Assembly (NCBI GenBank): GCA_013265495.1
Contig: MU058423.1
Coordinates: 5,252,745-5,316,744 of the forward strand
Reading direction: 5' to 3'
Length of the DNA stretch: 64,000 nucleotides
DNA from: Vicugna vicugna
Taxonomy: Eukaryota
Shown here: piece after piece, positions 40,901 through 54,109 of the stretch
Numbering within the stretch: position 1 is the first letter of the stretch
Layout: the number at the start of each line of letters is the position of its first letter
The notes under the pieces: model-generated
What the model saw: only the letters and a program-made list of their open reading frames with translations
The model's database searches: none
Told to the model about the DNA's origin: nothing
Translations under genes and position numbers: made by a program

Positions 40901-42764
40901 TTAGTATATACACTAGTTATTGTGTATTTACTGAGTACAATAATTATTGTATATATATTCATACTATACCATCTTACTCAAATCATGTCCAACTTTATTA
41001 AAACTATACATTATTTTATATCTACCTCAAAATCCAGTTTTACAAAATCTCCAAATACTTGGCCTGCAATGGTCACTTCCCTCTATAAATTCCTATCTAT
41101 GCCATCTACCTACACCTTTATCTATACCATACCTTTCTATATTTTTATCTATCTATACCTTTATCTATACCATAAAATTTAGCACTTAACAGTTTATGTA
41201 CTATTATGTTATCAGTATAACCTTACTGGAAGTATACTTTGCATGTTATACTGTAAAATATTAAGTGCTACATATAGAGTATTGTAATTTGTTTACAATA
41301 TAAATTATTAATACTGAATAATTACAAAGATTTCATAAAACGTGATCTACATCGATCTACATGGATTTTAAAGTGAACACTGATTTTTCAGAGTCATCAA
41401 ATCTTATACAGATATCCTGTATCATTGATAGTTACAGACTTGAGAATCTACTTCCTATACTTCATTTTTTGATATACTAATCAGTGTCTATTTCAAAGTT
41501 GATTTTTTTACTCTGTGATTTTATATGTGGTTTAGCATTAAACACTCTCAGTGTCTTATTCATAAGTGTTGAGTATGAGAATGCTTCTGAAATTAAGATC
41601 CAACGAATACTTGCTTAGTATCTCTTAGTAGATGCTACAGTCCTTCATTTGTACAACATTATAATATTTAGCACTAACAATCTTTAATTTAACTGTTACA
41701 CAACTTTTTTTTCCCTATAGGGCTACCAAGCTTAAACCCAGGTCTGTTTCCTTGTGTGGAGCAATTATTATCCAGATGTAGGTCCTGAAATCATGTAACA
41801 TAGAAGGCTATATAAAAAGAACAAATCCATTGTCATAGAGCAGTATTTTATTTTGATTAAAACACTATTGCAATAAAACATAGTGAACACATTTGTGTTT
41901 CCATTGAAGAGAAAATCAAGAAATTAAAACTGTATCATACTTAAAGCTAAGATCAATTTACCATTCACATTTTTTAAATGTTCACCAACACATTTACTGA
42001 TTGTTTCAACATTTCTTTTTACACTATTTAATTTTCCCTAAATCTATCACTCTTTATATTTGATATGACATTGTTGTCACAATGTTGAAATTCTGGCATC
42101 AGAGCAGATGGCATCAATTTAGTGTGTCACCAGCTTCTAATATTTAATTCAGTAGAAAGTCAAGGAGTAAGGATGCAATAACATGAATTTTATCTTTTGC
42201 TAAAAAAGCTAAGCATAATTCACTTTAACTTTCATAAAGGATTAAAACTGTGGTCATGAGAAAATCTGACTTTTTTTTAATTATGAAGGTTTCACATTGA
42301 CAATGTTATAAAATGTTATGGCTAAAATCAAAAACAATTTGTTCATTCCAATTACAGATCATCACTTGGAAAGCACATGCTAATCTGTTGTAAAAAGTTG
42401 CAGAAATAAGATATTCTTTCTAAAATGTCCTCCCTGAAACCAACCAGTATTTATCAGTAAATAACACTGACAGCAAATGAAATAATAAAACCATCTGATT
42501 CTTATCAAAGAGTTTAATTAACAAATGTTTTGCTTAAGAAATAATTGATCTTTAAAGGTTTAAGAACAAAAACAAATATAGCACACCAACATATCCTAAA
42601 ACTATCTTTAGAAAAGGAGAATGGTTAAAAGCAAAATGAATAACGCAAAGATAAAAGGGACAGATGGCTTGTTCACATAATAAGCTGTCCTTCTGACAGT
42701 AATATGCCTAAAAGATTGACTTAAAACAGTAACAAGAAGGAAGGATAAAGGCACCAATCTGCAG

Positions 42765-43700
42765 ATCATTCATCAATATAATCTCATTCTTCTCAACACT
42801 TATTAAATACTATGTAACAGATACTGTGATAGGTTTTGAGAATATAAAGTCAAGTAAATAATGTTATTGCTCTCAGAGTATTTACAAGCTAGTAGGAGAT
42901 ACACTTAATGCAAAGATTTTAACTGCAAAGAGCCATGACAGAGGTAGGCAGGGGGGTATTTTGGAAGTTCAACAGAGGAGACTCTACTATTACTTAGGAA
43001 GGATCAAGACAAGCCTGTGGTGGTGCTTTTGAAGAAACAGTAGGTGTTACTCAGATAAGAAAATTTAAAACGTATTCCATGTAGAAGGAAGAACATCATA
43101 AAAACTGTGGCGGTGGTAGTGTCATTAAGCATCTGGGAAACTGAACGGGCCATAATATTCTGGAGTGAGGAGGATATAAGGCACAAGGGAGACCCTGGAG
43201 AGTCAACTGGAATCAGATTATGAAATGCCTTAGGTACTAAGCCAATGTATTTGTACATACTAACATAACCTTAGACGGAAAGGTTTAAGCCAAAAAGTGA
43301 CATAGTTTTTTTTTTTTTTCTCTCAGCAATATAACTGGCATCAGCAGGAAAGAATGACTATTAGGAGATCCAAGTAGAATAGGGTACTCATTGCAAGGTG
43401 GTTGTAATCAGGGTAAAAAGGAAAATGAGCTTGGATTAAGCCCTCATGGAGGAACAGAGAGACAATTTTTAGCAAAAAGACTCTCAGGATTGATTTATGA
43501 ATTTCATGTGAGAGGTAAAGGAAATAATCTCCCAGGTCTCTAGCTTTACATAGCCACATGGGCACTGTTCAATACAAACAAGAGAGAAGCAAAAGTTATG
43601 GGGGGAGTGGATGGTGAGAATGGAGAAGACTGACTTTGATACACTGAATTCGGCATGCTTTTGAACATCTCCAAATGGTGGTATCTGGTCAATTGCTGGA
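42765..43700 (-). mobile_element. L2 LINE
   Basis: Starts with the antisense L2 tail 'cattcatca...acacttattaaatactatgtaacagatactgtg'; internal L2 phrases continue to ~43700. Confidence 0.65.
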
Positions 43701-44307
43701 CCTTTAATTCTTTTCCAATCATTTTCATGCATGTACATGCACACATACACACACATGTGCATTAACAACTCATTACTTTTGTAACCCTTCTAAAGGTTTC
43801 TTAAGTAGTACTCTAAGCAGGTTAGGGCCTAAGTGGGAGGAGACAGAAGGGAAAAAGAGCATGTAAAACTTTACATGGCGAGTTATCATTACTATAGTGA
43901 AAGATGTCAAAGTTCATGTTGGCCAATACTTACTGCATCTGCTTCAAAAGACAGATAAATAAGCTTGAAAACTTTAGTTTTAGAAACTGAAGAACTGTGA
44001 AATCAATCAGGACCAAATGAACTTAAAACAGGGAGCCACTTGCCATTTCTGAGCACGGGCTGAAGATCTAGCTTGGCCCAGGCAGAGGGACTTGACTGTT
44101 GGAAAGAAAACAGTGATGTTTTGGCAGTGGGGTAGGGCTGGCTGGTATGACAGACTGCAAGCAAGCAGAGCCCCAGATAAAGAGCTGTTGTTTCTCACCA
44201 TGACTTCCGGAGGCAGCTAGGGAGACTAATGGGCTGAGCCGGCAAGGTGAAGTGAAATCTCCCACAGTCTAGCAGCACTGAGAAGTCAGAGTCCATTAGA
44301 AGGAAGG

Positions 44308-44352
44308 AAACTAACTAACTAACTAACTAACTAAATAAATAAATAAATAAAT
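44308..44352. repeat. Compound (TAAC)n(TAAA)n microsatellite
   Basis: Directly visible. Confidence 0.9.
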
Positions 44353-44359
44353 AGTTACC

Positions 44360-45255
44360 TTTGTGAATCTTGAAGCCACATGGGACTGAAGAAAAAAGCT
44401 AAGCACAAAATCTTAAAGGGCAGAACTAAAACTTCTGTCATCTCTCAGGTCTCAGGTGTCAGAGACTCACCAGGGGACCTTAAAAATACCAGGAGAGTCA
44501 CCCTGATGAACAAGGTGAGCTGAGTCTTACTAAAATCACAACCCAGCCCTGACTGGATCAGAGCACACCCTCAGTCTCAAAGGGAAACTCTCCCTAGTAG
44601 AGGGCATCATTCTTGGCTTCTATCGTTCTTTGTCTAGCCATACAATTAAAAAATCATGATGTATGGGAAGAGTTAAAGAATCTGACCAAAAATCAAAGAA
44701 GTGGTAAACAGAAAAGCTAATTCAAGGATAATATGGACAGGAACTTTTTTTTAAAAACTTGTGATTAATACTTTGAAGAATATATAGGAAAAAATTTTTA
44801 AAAACTGATGAAACTTGCAACAGAGAATTAAAATATATTTAAAAAACCAAATTAATATTTAGAGCTATAAAATTAAGTACCTGAGTTTAACAGGAGAATT
44901 CAGAATTAGTAAACATAAAGTAACTCAAAACAAAAAATAAAAAGAGAGGAAAAAATGGGATTAAAAAGAATGGAGAAAAAACTAATCTATGAATACGGAA
45001 ATCAGAATAATTGGTTAGCTCTGAAGACGTACTGACTGGGAAACAACAGGAAGGACCTTGGGTGGTGTGAAAAATGTCCTGTGTCTCCATCCTGGTGCTT
45101 ACTGCAAACGTATAACCATATATAAAAACTGAGTTGTACATTTTGCACTTTAAGTATGTTATGAATGTGTATAGCTTGTGGCAATCCACCAAGTTATACA
45201 CTTAAATGTTCACTTGTCTATATGTATATTACAATTCCATAAAGCGCTAAAACAT
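44360..45255 (+). mobile_element. Old L1 fragments (5'/ORF1 remnant joined to 3' terminus)
   Basis: A-rich ORF1-like tract followed by 'aaaactaatctatg...gaaatcagaataattggtt...tgtacattttgcactttaag'. Confidence 0.5.
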
Positions 45256-45577
45256 TTTCAGGAAAATTTATTTCTAAAGGGGTATAGCAAACAAGATTGA
45301 TTCAATCAACAGATTTCTTAAGTAGCTCTTGTTGTGGCTATGCTTGGGTCAACTCATGAATAGGCTGAAAATCCAGTGGGGGAGAGACGTGCGACAGAGT
45401 CAAATACAATGATTATAATAACTTGTTAGACTGTTAATGGTACAAGGATATGAAGGCCAAAAGAAAATTATTGACTAGAGGAAGATGAATTTTCTTTACC
45501 GGCACAGGTTCAGTTTCAAAAATTATTCTTGATTAGAAATGACTCGGAATTAGCCATTTCCTAAAGCTTTATGGGTA

Positions 45578-46199
45578 TGTTCCCGGGAGGAGGGAAGTAA
45601 GAATTATCTCGGCTCCTAGTCACCCGAAAAAAAATAATAATTTGTAATGAGAGACAGAAAGTGTGATATAAACAAGATTTTATTAGTAAAGTAAAAACAT
45701 AGTAAAATATAGTAGACTCCTGAGAATTGGAAGCGGGCCAATCCAAGAAAGGAAAGATGGCGCTGCTCCTTTGTTTTTCCTGTTTTTACATCCTGGATTA
45801 AGGGCGTTTTCATGATTGATTGATTGATTGATTCATGGCTCAGGTTCTTTGAGCTCTCAGGATGATTGACAGCTTAGGTTCCTTGTGTTCAGGCACGTCC
45901 ATCCCCTTTTGCACAGGTTCTTAACCCATGAAGCACAGAGAAACCCACAGGAGGGGGCTCAAACTGCAATGTTAAATTACATTATAGTGAGCATTGGGTC
46001 ACATTAAGCTGGGTCCTTCTCTCTACTGTGCAGCCACAGCGTTTGATCCTACCCAGCTTCTTTGCTAGACCTCATTTAGAGAAAGTAAAAGTTTTTGCAG
46101 CCCCTTATCCTGAGTGCGGGCTCACTGTTATTCCCTGGGTTGCTCACTTTCCCTTCCTCTCCCCCTGCCTGGTGCTCATTTTTATCTAACTGCCTAACA
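45578..46199 (-). mobile_element. ERV1-type solo LTR with 4-bp TSD (GGTA)
   Basis: Termini tgtt...aaca; ggta at 45574-45577 and 46200-46203; AATAAA on the minus strand ('tttatt' at ~45679-45684). Confidence 0.85.
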
Positions 46200-47509
46200 G
46201 GTATGTGTTAATAAGTTGTCATGTGCAGTACACATTTATGTGATATCCCCTTTGAAGTATTTAACACAGATTAATGACTGCTATTTGTAACATGATACTT
46301 TGGGTTATTTATTTAAAATACATGGAAAATCTGGGTATATAAAATCTTACACTGTCACTGTGGGCCTTTCAGCAAACCCTGTGCAGCCTGCAGCACTGTG
46401 GGGAACGTGGCGACAGGCTCTGTCTGCCAGGCTATCTGATATTCATGTCATTTTAGTGATAGATCCCCCACCTCCTCTTTTGGGGGAAGAAGACTACTTC
46501 TAAGAACGATAAAACGAGGCATCTGAAATGTGATAAGCCACTTCACAATGTGGCTTCGTGACTGACTGTGACTCGTACTTTTATGTCACTTTCTGACATA
46601 CTTTAAAAATACAATTGTTGGAAATGCTAATAATTCAATTCAGTTGAGAGTATTTTCTTCTTTTCAAAGAAGTACTACACTTGGTTCAGACCTACACAGA
46701 AACTCCATCATGAAGGGTTTATCTAGTAGAATAATCAGGCTTGCTTCAAGTGGCTTCCTAATCACTTATGAAGAAGAGAGGTGAAACATTTAATTAATGC
46801 TGAGTGTATCACAGAGTACAAACAATAAATCAACTAAAAATATTCAAAAGTAGAACAGACTCATTATTGGTCTTTTTCACATGTCACTTATTCAGAAGTC
46901 CTCAATGAGCTATTTATGTATTTAGATACAGAGTAGATGACTGGCCATACATTGGTGATGGGGGTTTGAAAAACATGCACTTACAACCATGCATTAGCTT
47001 CTAATATTTGCGTTCTAGTATTTGGCATGAGATAACAGCTTTATTTTGTACCTGCTAATCTATATCCCCTTAATTCCTGCCTATTAAACATTCTGCCTTT
47101 ATTCCATAAGACAAAACTTCTGAGTCAACTTCTCATACTGGAGGTGTATGTGAAGTTGAGTAAGGGAGCATGAGGTAAGGAAACAAAGGGCAAAGATTAA
47201 GTCAGGGGTACCTTAGGCATCAATGATATTTGATGATCAGTTATGGGTGTTAAAAGGTTGGCTCTTCAACTTTTTAAAAATAATGAGTTGGAAAGCCTTA
47301 GACCTGAATACTTGGAGTATCTCTAAAGATCCGTGTTCTCCCCACAGCCATCTTCTGAGAACAGAGATTACAGATAGTCCTTTATACATTATTGGCCATA
47401 TTCTGAATCTTGTGATTCTGCTGTCATGGCCAGAAAATGCTAGACCAAGCATTCCTCTAGAAAATTAGAGGCTATCCATGATGCTAGAGAAATCAGTCCT
47501 TTCGGGTTC

Positions 47510-48105
47510 TTATATATTGGGTGGTATAAGAAGATGTGTTCTGTTGAAAATAACAAAAATTTGCTTAAAGAGTCTTAAACCCCAAGGAAATGTGTTGTTC
47601 ACTTGATCAGATGTCTGGATGAGGCTGATTCCAGGAGGTCTAGTCAAGAACAGCATTGGGTGAAGTATTCCACTCAAGAATAGCATTGAGGACACAATTA
47701 TGTCTAGCATTACCCTACACCTTCTGCAGTATTTTGTCTTTAAATCTCAGGCTTGAAACTTCATAGTTTAAGATGGCTGTCTGTCAGTTTCAGGCATTAC
47801 ATGATTCAAAGACAGCATGCAGGGCAAAATGGAAGGAAACAGGAACAAAAAGTACTTTTGCCTCATGACACTGTCATTTTTATTAGGAAACAAAACCTTT
47901 CTTAGACGCTGTCTCATGGGCAATCCCTAATTTCTCGCTCCCGATTGATTTCATTGGGAATCAGAAATGCAGCACTGAACTAAAGCAATCATTGGTAATA
48001 AGCAGAGCTGACTATTATCGTCTAAACAAAATAAAGCTACTGTCAGCAAGAAAAGTGGTTGACGGCTAGCGAGTAAGTAGGCAAAGATGTCATCATCTGC
48101 TACAG
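47510..48105 (-). mobile_element. Old MLT1 LTR
   Basis: 'gttgaaaataacaaaaatttgcttaaagagtcttaaac' and 'aagatggctgtctgtcagtttcaggcattacatg'. Confidence 0.5.
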
Positions 48106-48569
48106 ATGATCATTATGCAATCAAATCTATATTGCAGAGTTTAAATGCAAAGCTAAATAGATAACACAGTAAAAGGAGAAAAGTAGTTAAGAAGTGCTAA
48201 AAGTAGAAATAACGGCAGACAAAGGAAGAAAGAGTCATGAGTGTAGCAGGTTACTAGACCAAAAAGCAATAGATGTCTGATTCAAAGGCATGAACAAAAT
48301 TACTGGCTTACTCTATCTACTGTCTGGGTCATTAGAGCTGCTTATGGGTCACTGGAGCTACTTTCATGTTCTGAATGGTGAAAAACGATTTTCCAATGCT
48401 CTTTGATATCTTGCCCTTTTGATACAGTGTTGGTTTTCTCTCCCTGGCTTCACCTGTATTCTCTTACCACAAATACCATCACCTGAGTGACATGAGAACA
48501 GCTGTGCCTCTTGCAAACTAAGAACGCTAATATGGAGAAGACAGATGATGTAGGCTACAATTCTTATAC

Positions 48570-51060
48570 AAATCATTCATTCAATAAATATTTACTGACT
48601 CCTCATTATGCACCTGATACCGTATTTGGCTCTTTTGATAAAAGGTAATAAACAAGACAAAGTTTTTTGCCCCCATAGGACTTCATCTTATTCTAGGAGA
48701 GAGACAATATTCAAGAATACATACAAATTAGTGAAATACTTTTCTGTAGGTGTGATGTTCAAAATGACAGTAATAATGACTATTATCATGTTCTAAGAAG
48801 ATCCTGAGCAATTTTTTTATTGCATTCGATTACCATTTTAATGTAGGTGCCCTGTGTTCCATTTTAAAGATGAGAGAATGAGGCACAGATAAAGTCTTTA
48901 AAAAACTAAAAAAGGTAAGGGGCTTTTCAGTGAGTTGTGGAATAACCATTGGTGCATAACTATATATAAGAGAAAAATATGCACAAAAGGATAAGAGATA
49001 ACATGGAGAAAGAGTTATTAGAGAGAAGAGCAGGACTAACAGCTATACACCTGCAGTAAGTATGGCATTTTGAAGATCAGTTAGGTCAAACTAGATCAAG
49101 TGCAGTGAGCAAAAATAAGACTATAAAAGAATAGGTCCCACAATTATGTAGTGACAGATTATGTAAAGCTTCTTAGGCCATAGAAGAGGTTTAATTTTAT
49201 TTTGAGAGCAGTGGGAAGTCATAAATCCATTTAAAACAGGGGACAATGTAATTAACGTTTTTAAAAGAGCATTCTTGCTGCTGGGTGGAAAACAGAGTCT
49301 AAGGGAACCAAACTGGAAGTAAAATAAAACAAAACAAGTTACTATGGTAGTGCTGACAAGAGACGACGGTGGCTATTTGATGGCTGTTTGAAGACAGCCT
49401 CAAAAGCACTTGATAGATTGAATATGGGGTAGAAAAGAAATGAAGCAAGGATAATTCTTAGCTTTGGGCATTAAAAAAAGGGGTGAATAGTAGCCCCTTT
49501 TTAAGCGACTCAGTCTTACTTTTTTCTCAAGTGGGAGGAGGTGGTAGATAGAGTGACTACAACTGAGAGTTCCTTTGGAGATGGCTACTAAGTTTCTAAA
49601 TAAAAATGTCAACTGGACAAAAAACCAAAACAAAACATTCTCTTTCTAGACTAGAGTCAGTAAGATGATTCCTGGGCCTGTTCTTCTCACTGTAGATAAT
49701 ATTACCCATTTTTATTTATTCATTCACTCATTCAAGGGAAAAAAAAAGTATACAAATTATGTTAGACCCTGGGTAATGGCTTTACATATTTTTAGCCCTT
49801 TCCTCTCAACTCAGCTTCATTTCATCAACCATCTATAGTACACACTCCTTAGGATAATTTACTAATAATGTACCAAGCTAGACCTCTCTGTCCTGATTTA
49901 GCCCCTCTCTCCTGTTTTTCCAATGGCCATGAGCTGTATCCAAGCTCTGTGATGCAGGAAAACAGCACCTGTTAAGACAGTCTCCCCAGTCGTGTGTTCT
50001 GGGAAATGGCTGACTTCACAGAACCACGGCCCACATGACTCAGATGAGATTCATCGGTGCCTCTCTCTGTTTATCTCTGACAAGGCTGGGCACAAACCCT
50101 TCAAATTCCCTTTCATTACCTCATAAATAATTACCTGAACTGTAGCAAATGAAGTACTTAACGGGTACATGAGCTCCCTCGCACCCGCCCTGGCTATACA
50201 TTCAGGCTCAGAACAGAAGAAGCAGGCAAAAAGGCCCATTTCCCAGCTCCTCCTGGAGGACATTTAACTACATACCTTCCCAGCTGCTGCCTGTGGCCCT
50301 GGCTTCCTATCAGCCTGCATCGAGGCACTGAATGTGATTCACTCCTTGGCACACCTTCAACGGCTGTGGCCACCATAAACAAAGACTGTAGCTCAGACAG
50401 TTACGAAGGTGTGTGAATCAACCAGATGCTCGGGCTGAGCTGCCTGACAAGATTCATCTCCTCCATGAGACCCCTTCTCCTCTGTCGAGACTCAGAGAGG
50501 GGTTTGTTTTCTCTAACGCCCAGAAACCAACAGAGAGTCAAGGAAAATGAATACACAGAGGAATATGTTCCAAAGAAAAGAACAAGATAAATCTCCAGAA
50601 ACAAACCTTAGTGAAACAGAGACATCTACTAAGTTTCTCCAGTGGACTAGGCTGGAGGACACAAGAGATGAGAAACAGGGAGGCAGTAAAACCGGGAGAG
50701 ATTTTCCCCAGATTCACACTCGTTCAAGTGTAGAGAGATGGAAAAGGGACACATGAAATGACTTTAGATTTCAAGCTTTTGTAACTAAGTCCAGACACAC
50801 AAGGCAGTGCAATTTATTAAACTGATATTTAGAAAAAGAAACAAACTTTGGAGGAATGATAAAGGGTTCAGTTTTAAACATTCTTAATTTAAGGTGCCTG
50901 AAGGAAAACTCAGCCTAAAAGAAAAGTTTAATTTATGGTTATGAAGCTCAGAGAAGCAGTTAAGGCTGGAGATTTAGGTATATTATTTACCAGCATGTGT
51001 AAGAGTTACAATACAGAAATTAGTTTAAAATTCTGAGAGTGGGTAAGAAAGATAAGGTGT
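48570..51060 (-). mobile_element. L2 LINE fragments interrupted by a MIR (~48790-48895) and a ~1 kb insert (49598-50625)
   Basis: Antisense L2 tail 'tcattcattcaataaatatttactga'; internal 'gtgggaagtcataaatccatttaaaacaggggac' and 'gggttcagttttaaacattcttaatttaaggtgcctg'. Confidence 0.6.
50162..50625 (+). mobile_element. Isolated L1 5' UTR and ORF1 N-terminus fragment
   Basis: ORF at 50547 reads MNTQRNMFQRKEQDKSPETNLSETE, resembling the L1 ORF1p N-terminus; upstream is a GC-richer 5' UTR-like sequence. Confidence 0.75.
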
Positions 51061-51389
51061 AAGATTAGATTGAAAAGTTTTGTGTGATACTTCATTGGCA
51101 CCAATCATTAATCTTCTCCATTATCCTGACTATTGTTTAAGTCAGTTACAGTAAGTCCAAATCAGCAAATATATTATGCAGTCATTGTGTGCCAAGTACC
51201 ATCCTAAGTTTTGATACAGTGGTAAAAAATACATATATATAGACTCATTGCCTTTCCTCTGAGATCCTGTAGAATTCTCTCAGAGCAGATTTTTATAACC
51301 ATAATTAATGGTTTCCTATTATCTAGAACATATAATTTCAGCTCCTACATCTGGCATTTCATTACCTAAATGACTTGAATGAATTGTTA

Positions 51390-52330
51390 TTTACCTCTAA
51401 GTGGCACATACACTTCTTGCTCACTCAGTGTAGTTTGACCCTTCTTCTGGAAACAGCACAGGTTTTACTTGGAATCTCGCTCTCCCCAACCCTCAATCTA
51501 TGTGCTTACTTGGTGAGGGGTGGCGTACTTGACCATACCTGAAGTTCAGAGTGGGCATATGACTGAAAGCTAAACAATTCGAGTATTTTACATCAGAGAC
51601 TGCAGTTCAGAAAGGGACAATTGGCCCTAATCACACTGCCCGGACCTAAAAAGACTTCTGGAGACGGATGGTAACGTTGAAGGAGATCATGGAAAGAATA
51701 TGACCACAGACTGACCCACAAGATGGACCCGGGCAGTAGGAGGCTCCTCGCCTGCTCCCTTGTCCTCAGAATTTAGGTTGTACCCACCGTTTCCACAGCT
51801 GGAGCCATTCTCAAGAATGCAGCCTTGAGAGAGTAAGGTGAGGCTGAAACCATCTGAATGGTATACATGACTGAACTCTGCATAAACTTCAAGATTCCAG
51901 GAGGCAGGTGTGGCGATCTGCCCACCTTGCAGCTGCCCAAGACAACCTCATGTGTACATTCCCTTGCTTATTAAAACTGCCACCTACCAACCTGGAATAG
52001 CCTGTCCCATTCTTTGTCCTCTCCTTGTCCTCCATGTACGGGGCCCAGTTTGTGACCCAAAAGGCAATCCTTAGGAAAGATGTCCCTTTTATAATTGATG
52101 CTGCTAAGGGATTGGAATGTAGGCTGAAGCTGCTGGGAGCTAAAGATACTGTATAAAGAAACAAATCTGCCTGAGAATAGAGCACAGAGGAGATTAGGAA
52201 CAAGACACAGAGAGACTACTGTGGTTCCACAATATTTTTTGACGGAATCTAGCTCCACCTGAAACCAGTTTTGCTTTTTAGCTGTTTTTAAAGTGGATTG
52301 GAATAGAGGTTTTGTCACAGTGAGCAAAAT
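51390..52330 (+). mobile_element. MLT1-like LTR interrupted by an ERV LTR (~51675-52065)
   Basis: MLT-like flanks ('cttcttctggaaacagcac', 'ttttagctgtttttaaagtggattggaatagaggttttgtcac'); the inner LTR has a U3/R-like composition and 'attaaaactgcc'. Confidence 0.5.
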
Positions 52331-52364
52331 TTCCCACCTTAGTTTGTAGAGTAGGTTTATAAAT

Positions 52365-52570
52365 ACGTTACAGAATTAGATGTTGTAGGATCTAAATTCT
52401 TTTGCTTCTAAATGAATGAAGTTAAGTTGCTTAACCTTTCTATGCCTAAGTTTCCTAATGAGGAAAATGGGGATGATAACAGTATCAACATCCTAAAATT
52501 GGCATAAGGACTAAAGATGATAATGTGCCCTTCTATCAATGGCTGGCTCAAAGTATGACAATGATTATTG
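52365..52570 (+). mobile_element. MIR SINE
   Basis: 'aagttgcttaacctttctatgcctaagtttcctaatgaggaaaatggggatgataac'. Confidence 0.8.
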
Positions 52571-53139
52571 TCATTGCCAATCACGTTTTAATCTTTAGTG
52601 CAAATGGAATAACCCCATGTCTGAGAGCTACTATGAACATGCCTGCCTCAATGCCTTTACTATACTTAATCTAACAGCATTATTTTATGCAACAAATATG
52701 TATTATGCTCTTAGGTGTCAAATGTAACACACGTCACCAATCATAAAAAAGGATGAAAACATGTGATTCTTGCTTTTGACATGCTCAAACCAAGCTGAAA
52801 TGCTGTATGAAATACAATTTATTTTATACACACTACAAAAAGTGGGGGAGGTAACTGCGAGGAATTTGTAATAAGGTAGAAATGCTGAGTCTCCCCTTGC
52901 TGTTCCGTATGTAGAGCCCATCACCTGGGAGCTGCATACAATGAGCTCCAAATTATAAAACAGTAAATGCTCACCTTCTGTGCACCCTTGTAGCTTTTTC
53001 GGATTGCTCTATTATTCTAAAGTCTCAAAGCCACAGATGCAATGGAAGAGAATTCATAATTTCATTGATAAAAGCTGTGTCTCCAGCCTCAACGTCCAGA
53101 CCCCTGACTAGAGCTTTCCAGACCTGCAGTTGCCAATTT

Positions 53140-53490
53140 CTCTCCCTGAAATATTCTCCCTTAGATATCTGGGTTGCACACCCCCTCTCTTTTAAAGTAT
53201 TTCCTCCTCAGAGATAATTTCCATCATCATCTTATCAAAAGTGGTACCACCTACCAACATGTGACCCTTTATTCCATTTTATTTTCTACTGAACTTTTAT
53301 CATAAGCTCTTTACTTTTTTTATGTTGCCTTTCCTAAAATGTAAGATATTTGGCAACAGAGACTTTGTCTTTCTTTTCGCCCTACCATTTTAACACCAGG
53401 GTTCAAACACCATACTTACTCTAGATACTTGTAGTGTATGTGGGAAACACAATAGATGCCAATAAAATATTTAGAAAATGAATGAATAAA
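53140..53490 (+). mobile_element. L2 3' end
   Basis: 'aaatgtaagatatttggcaacagagactttgtc' and the tail 'aaatatttagaaaatgaatgaataaa'. Confidence 0.65.
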
Positions 53491-54109
53491 AACAAAATTA
53501 AGTAAAATTGATTTTGAAAACATTTTACCTTGAGGCAACTATGGATTCACATAAAGTTGTAAGAAATGATTCAAATTATATTTAGGTAAAACACTATTAA
53601 CTAACTCATTTTCCCACCGTGGAAGGCAGTCAGTTTTTGTAATCAGCTATTACCTGCCCCCTTCAAAACTACTCTGAAAGCAACACTGCTCTGCCAGTCA
53701 AGCTGATTATATTGTTCTATTTTTCCCTATGTTATACACCACATGCTTTGTATGATTCATCAGACACATTAATTTTTTAAAACTACAGGAAATAGAAATC
53801 ATATATCAGATCACACACACATACACACACACACGTTTCTCCTGTCCCTGCATTTTTTACACGGCCATACATTACAAGGACAGAAAAAAAATCGTGACTA
53901 TTATAAATCTATGTGGTCATATCATTTTCAGATTTCTTTTGCAGTATACGACTATTTCAGGTATTTTACTATAATTCAAGAAACAGAAAAGGAAATAGAA
54001 ATGATAAAAATAGAAAAACTCTAAAAATATGAATTGTAAGGATGAGATTTGTTTAAAGTACAACTTTACTAGCTAATGATTCAGACTGGTATCTTCCTAG
54101 GATGATTCT

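Noticed and set aside
46536..46557. Short hairpin aagccac...gtggctt (similar small stem at ~27566-27590)
   Set aside because: 7-bp stems are expected by chance and are too short for a pre-miRNA or other structured RNA
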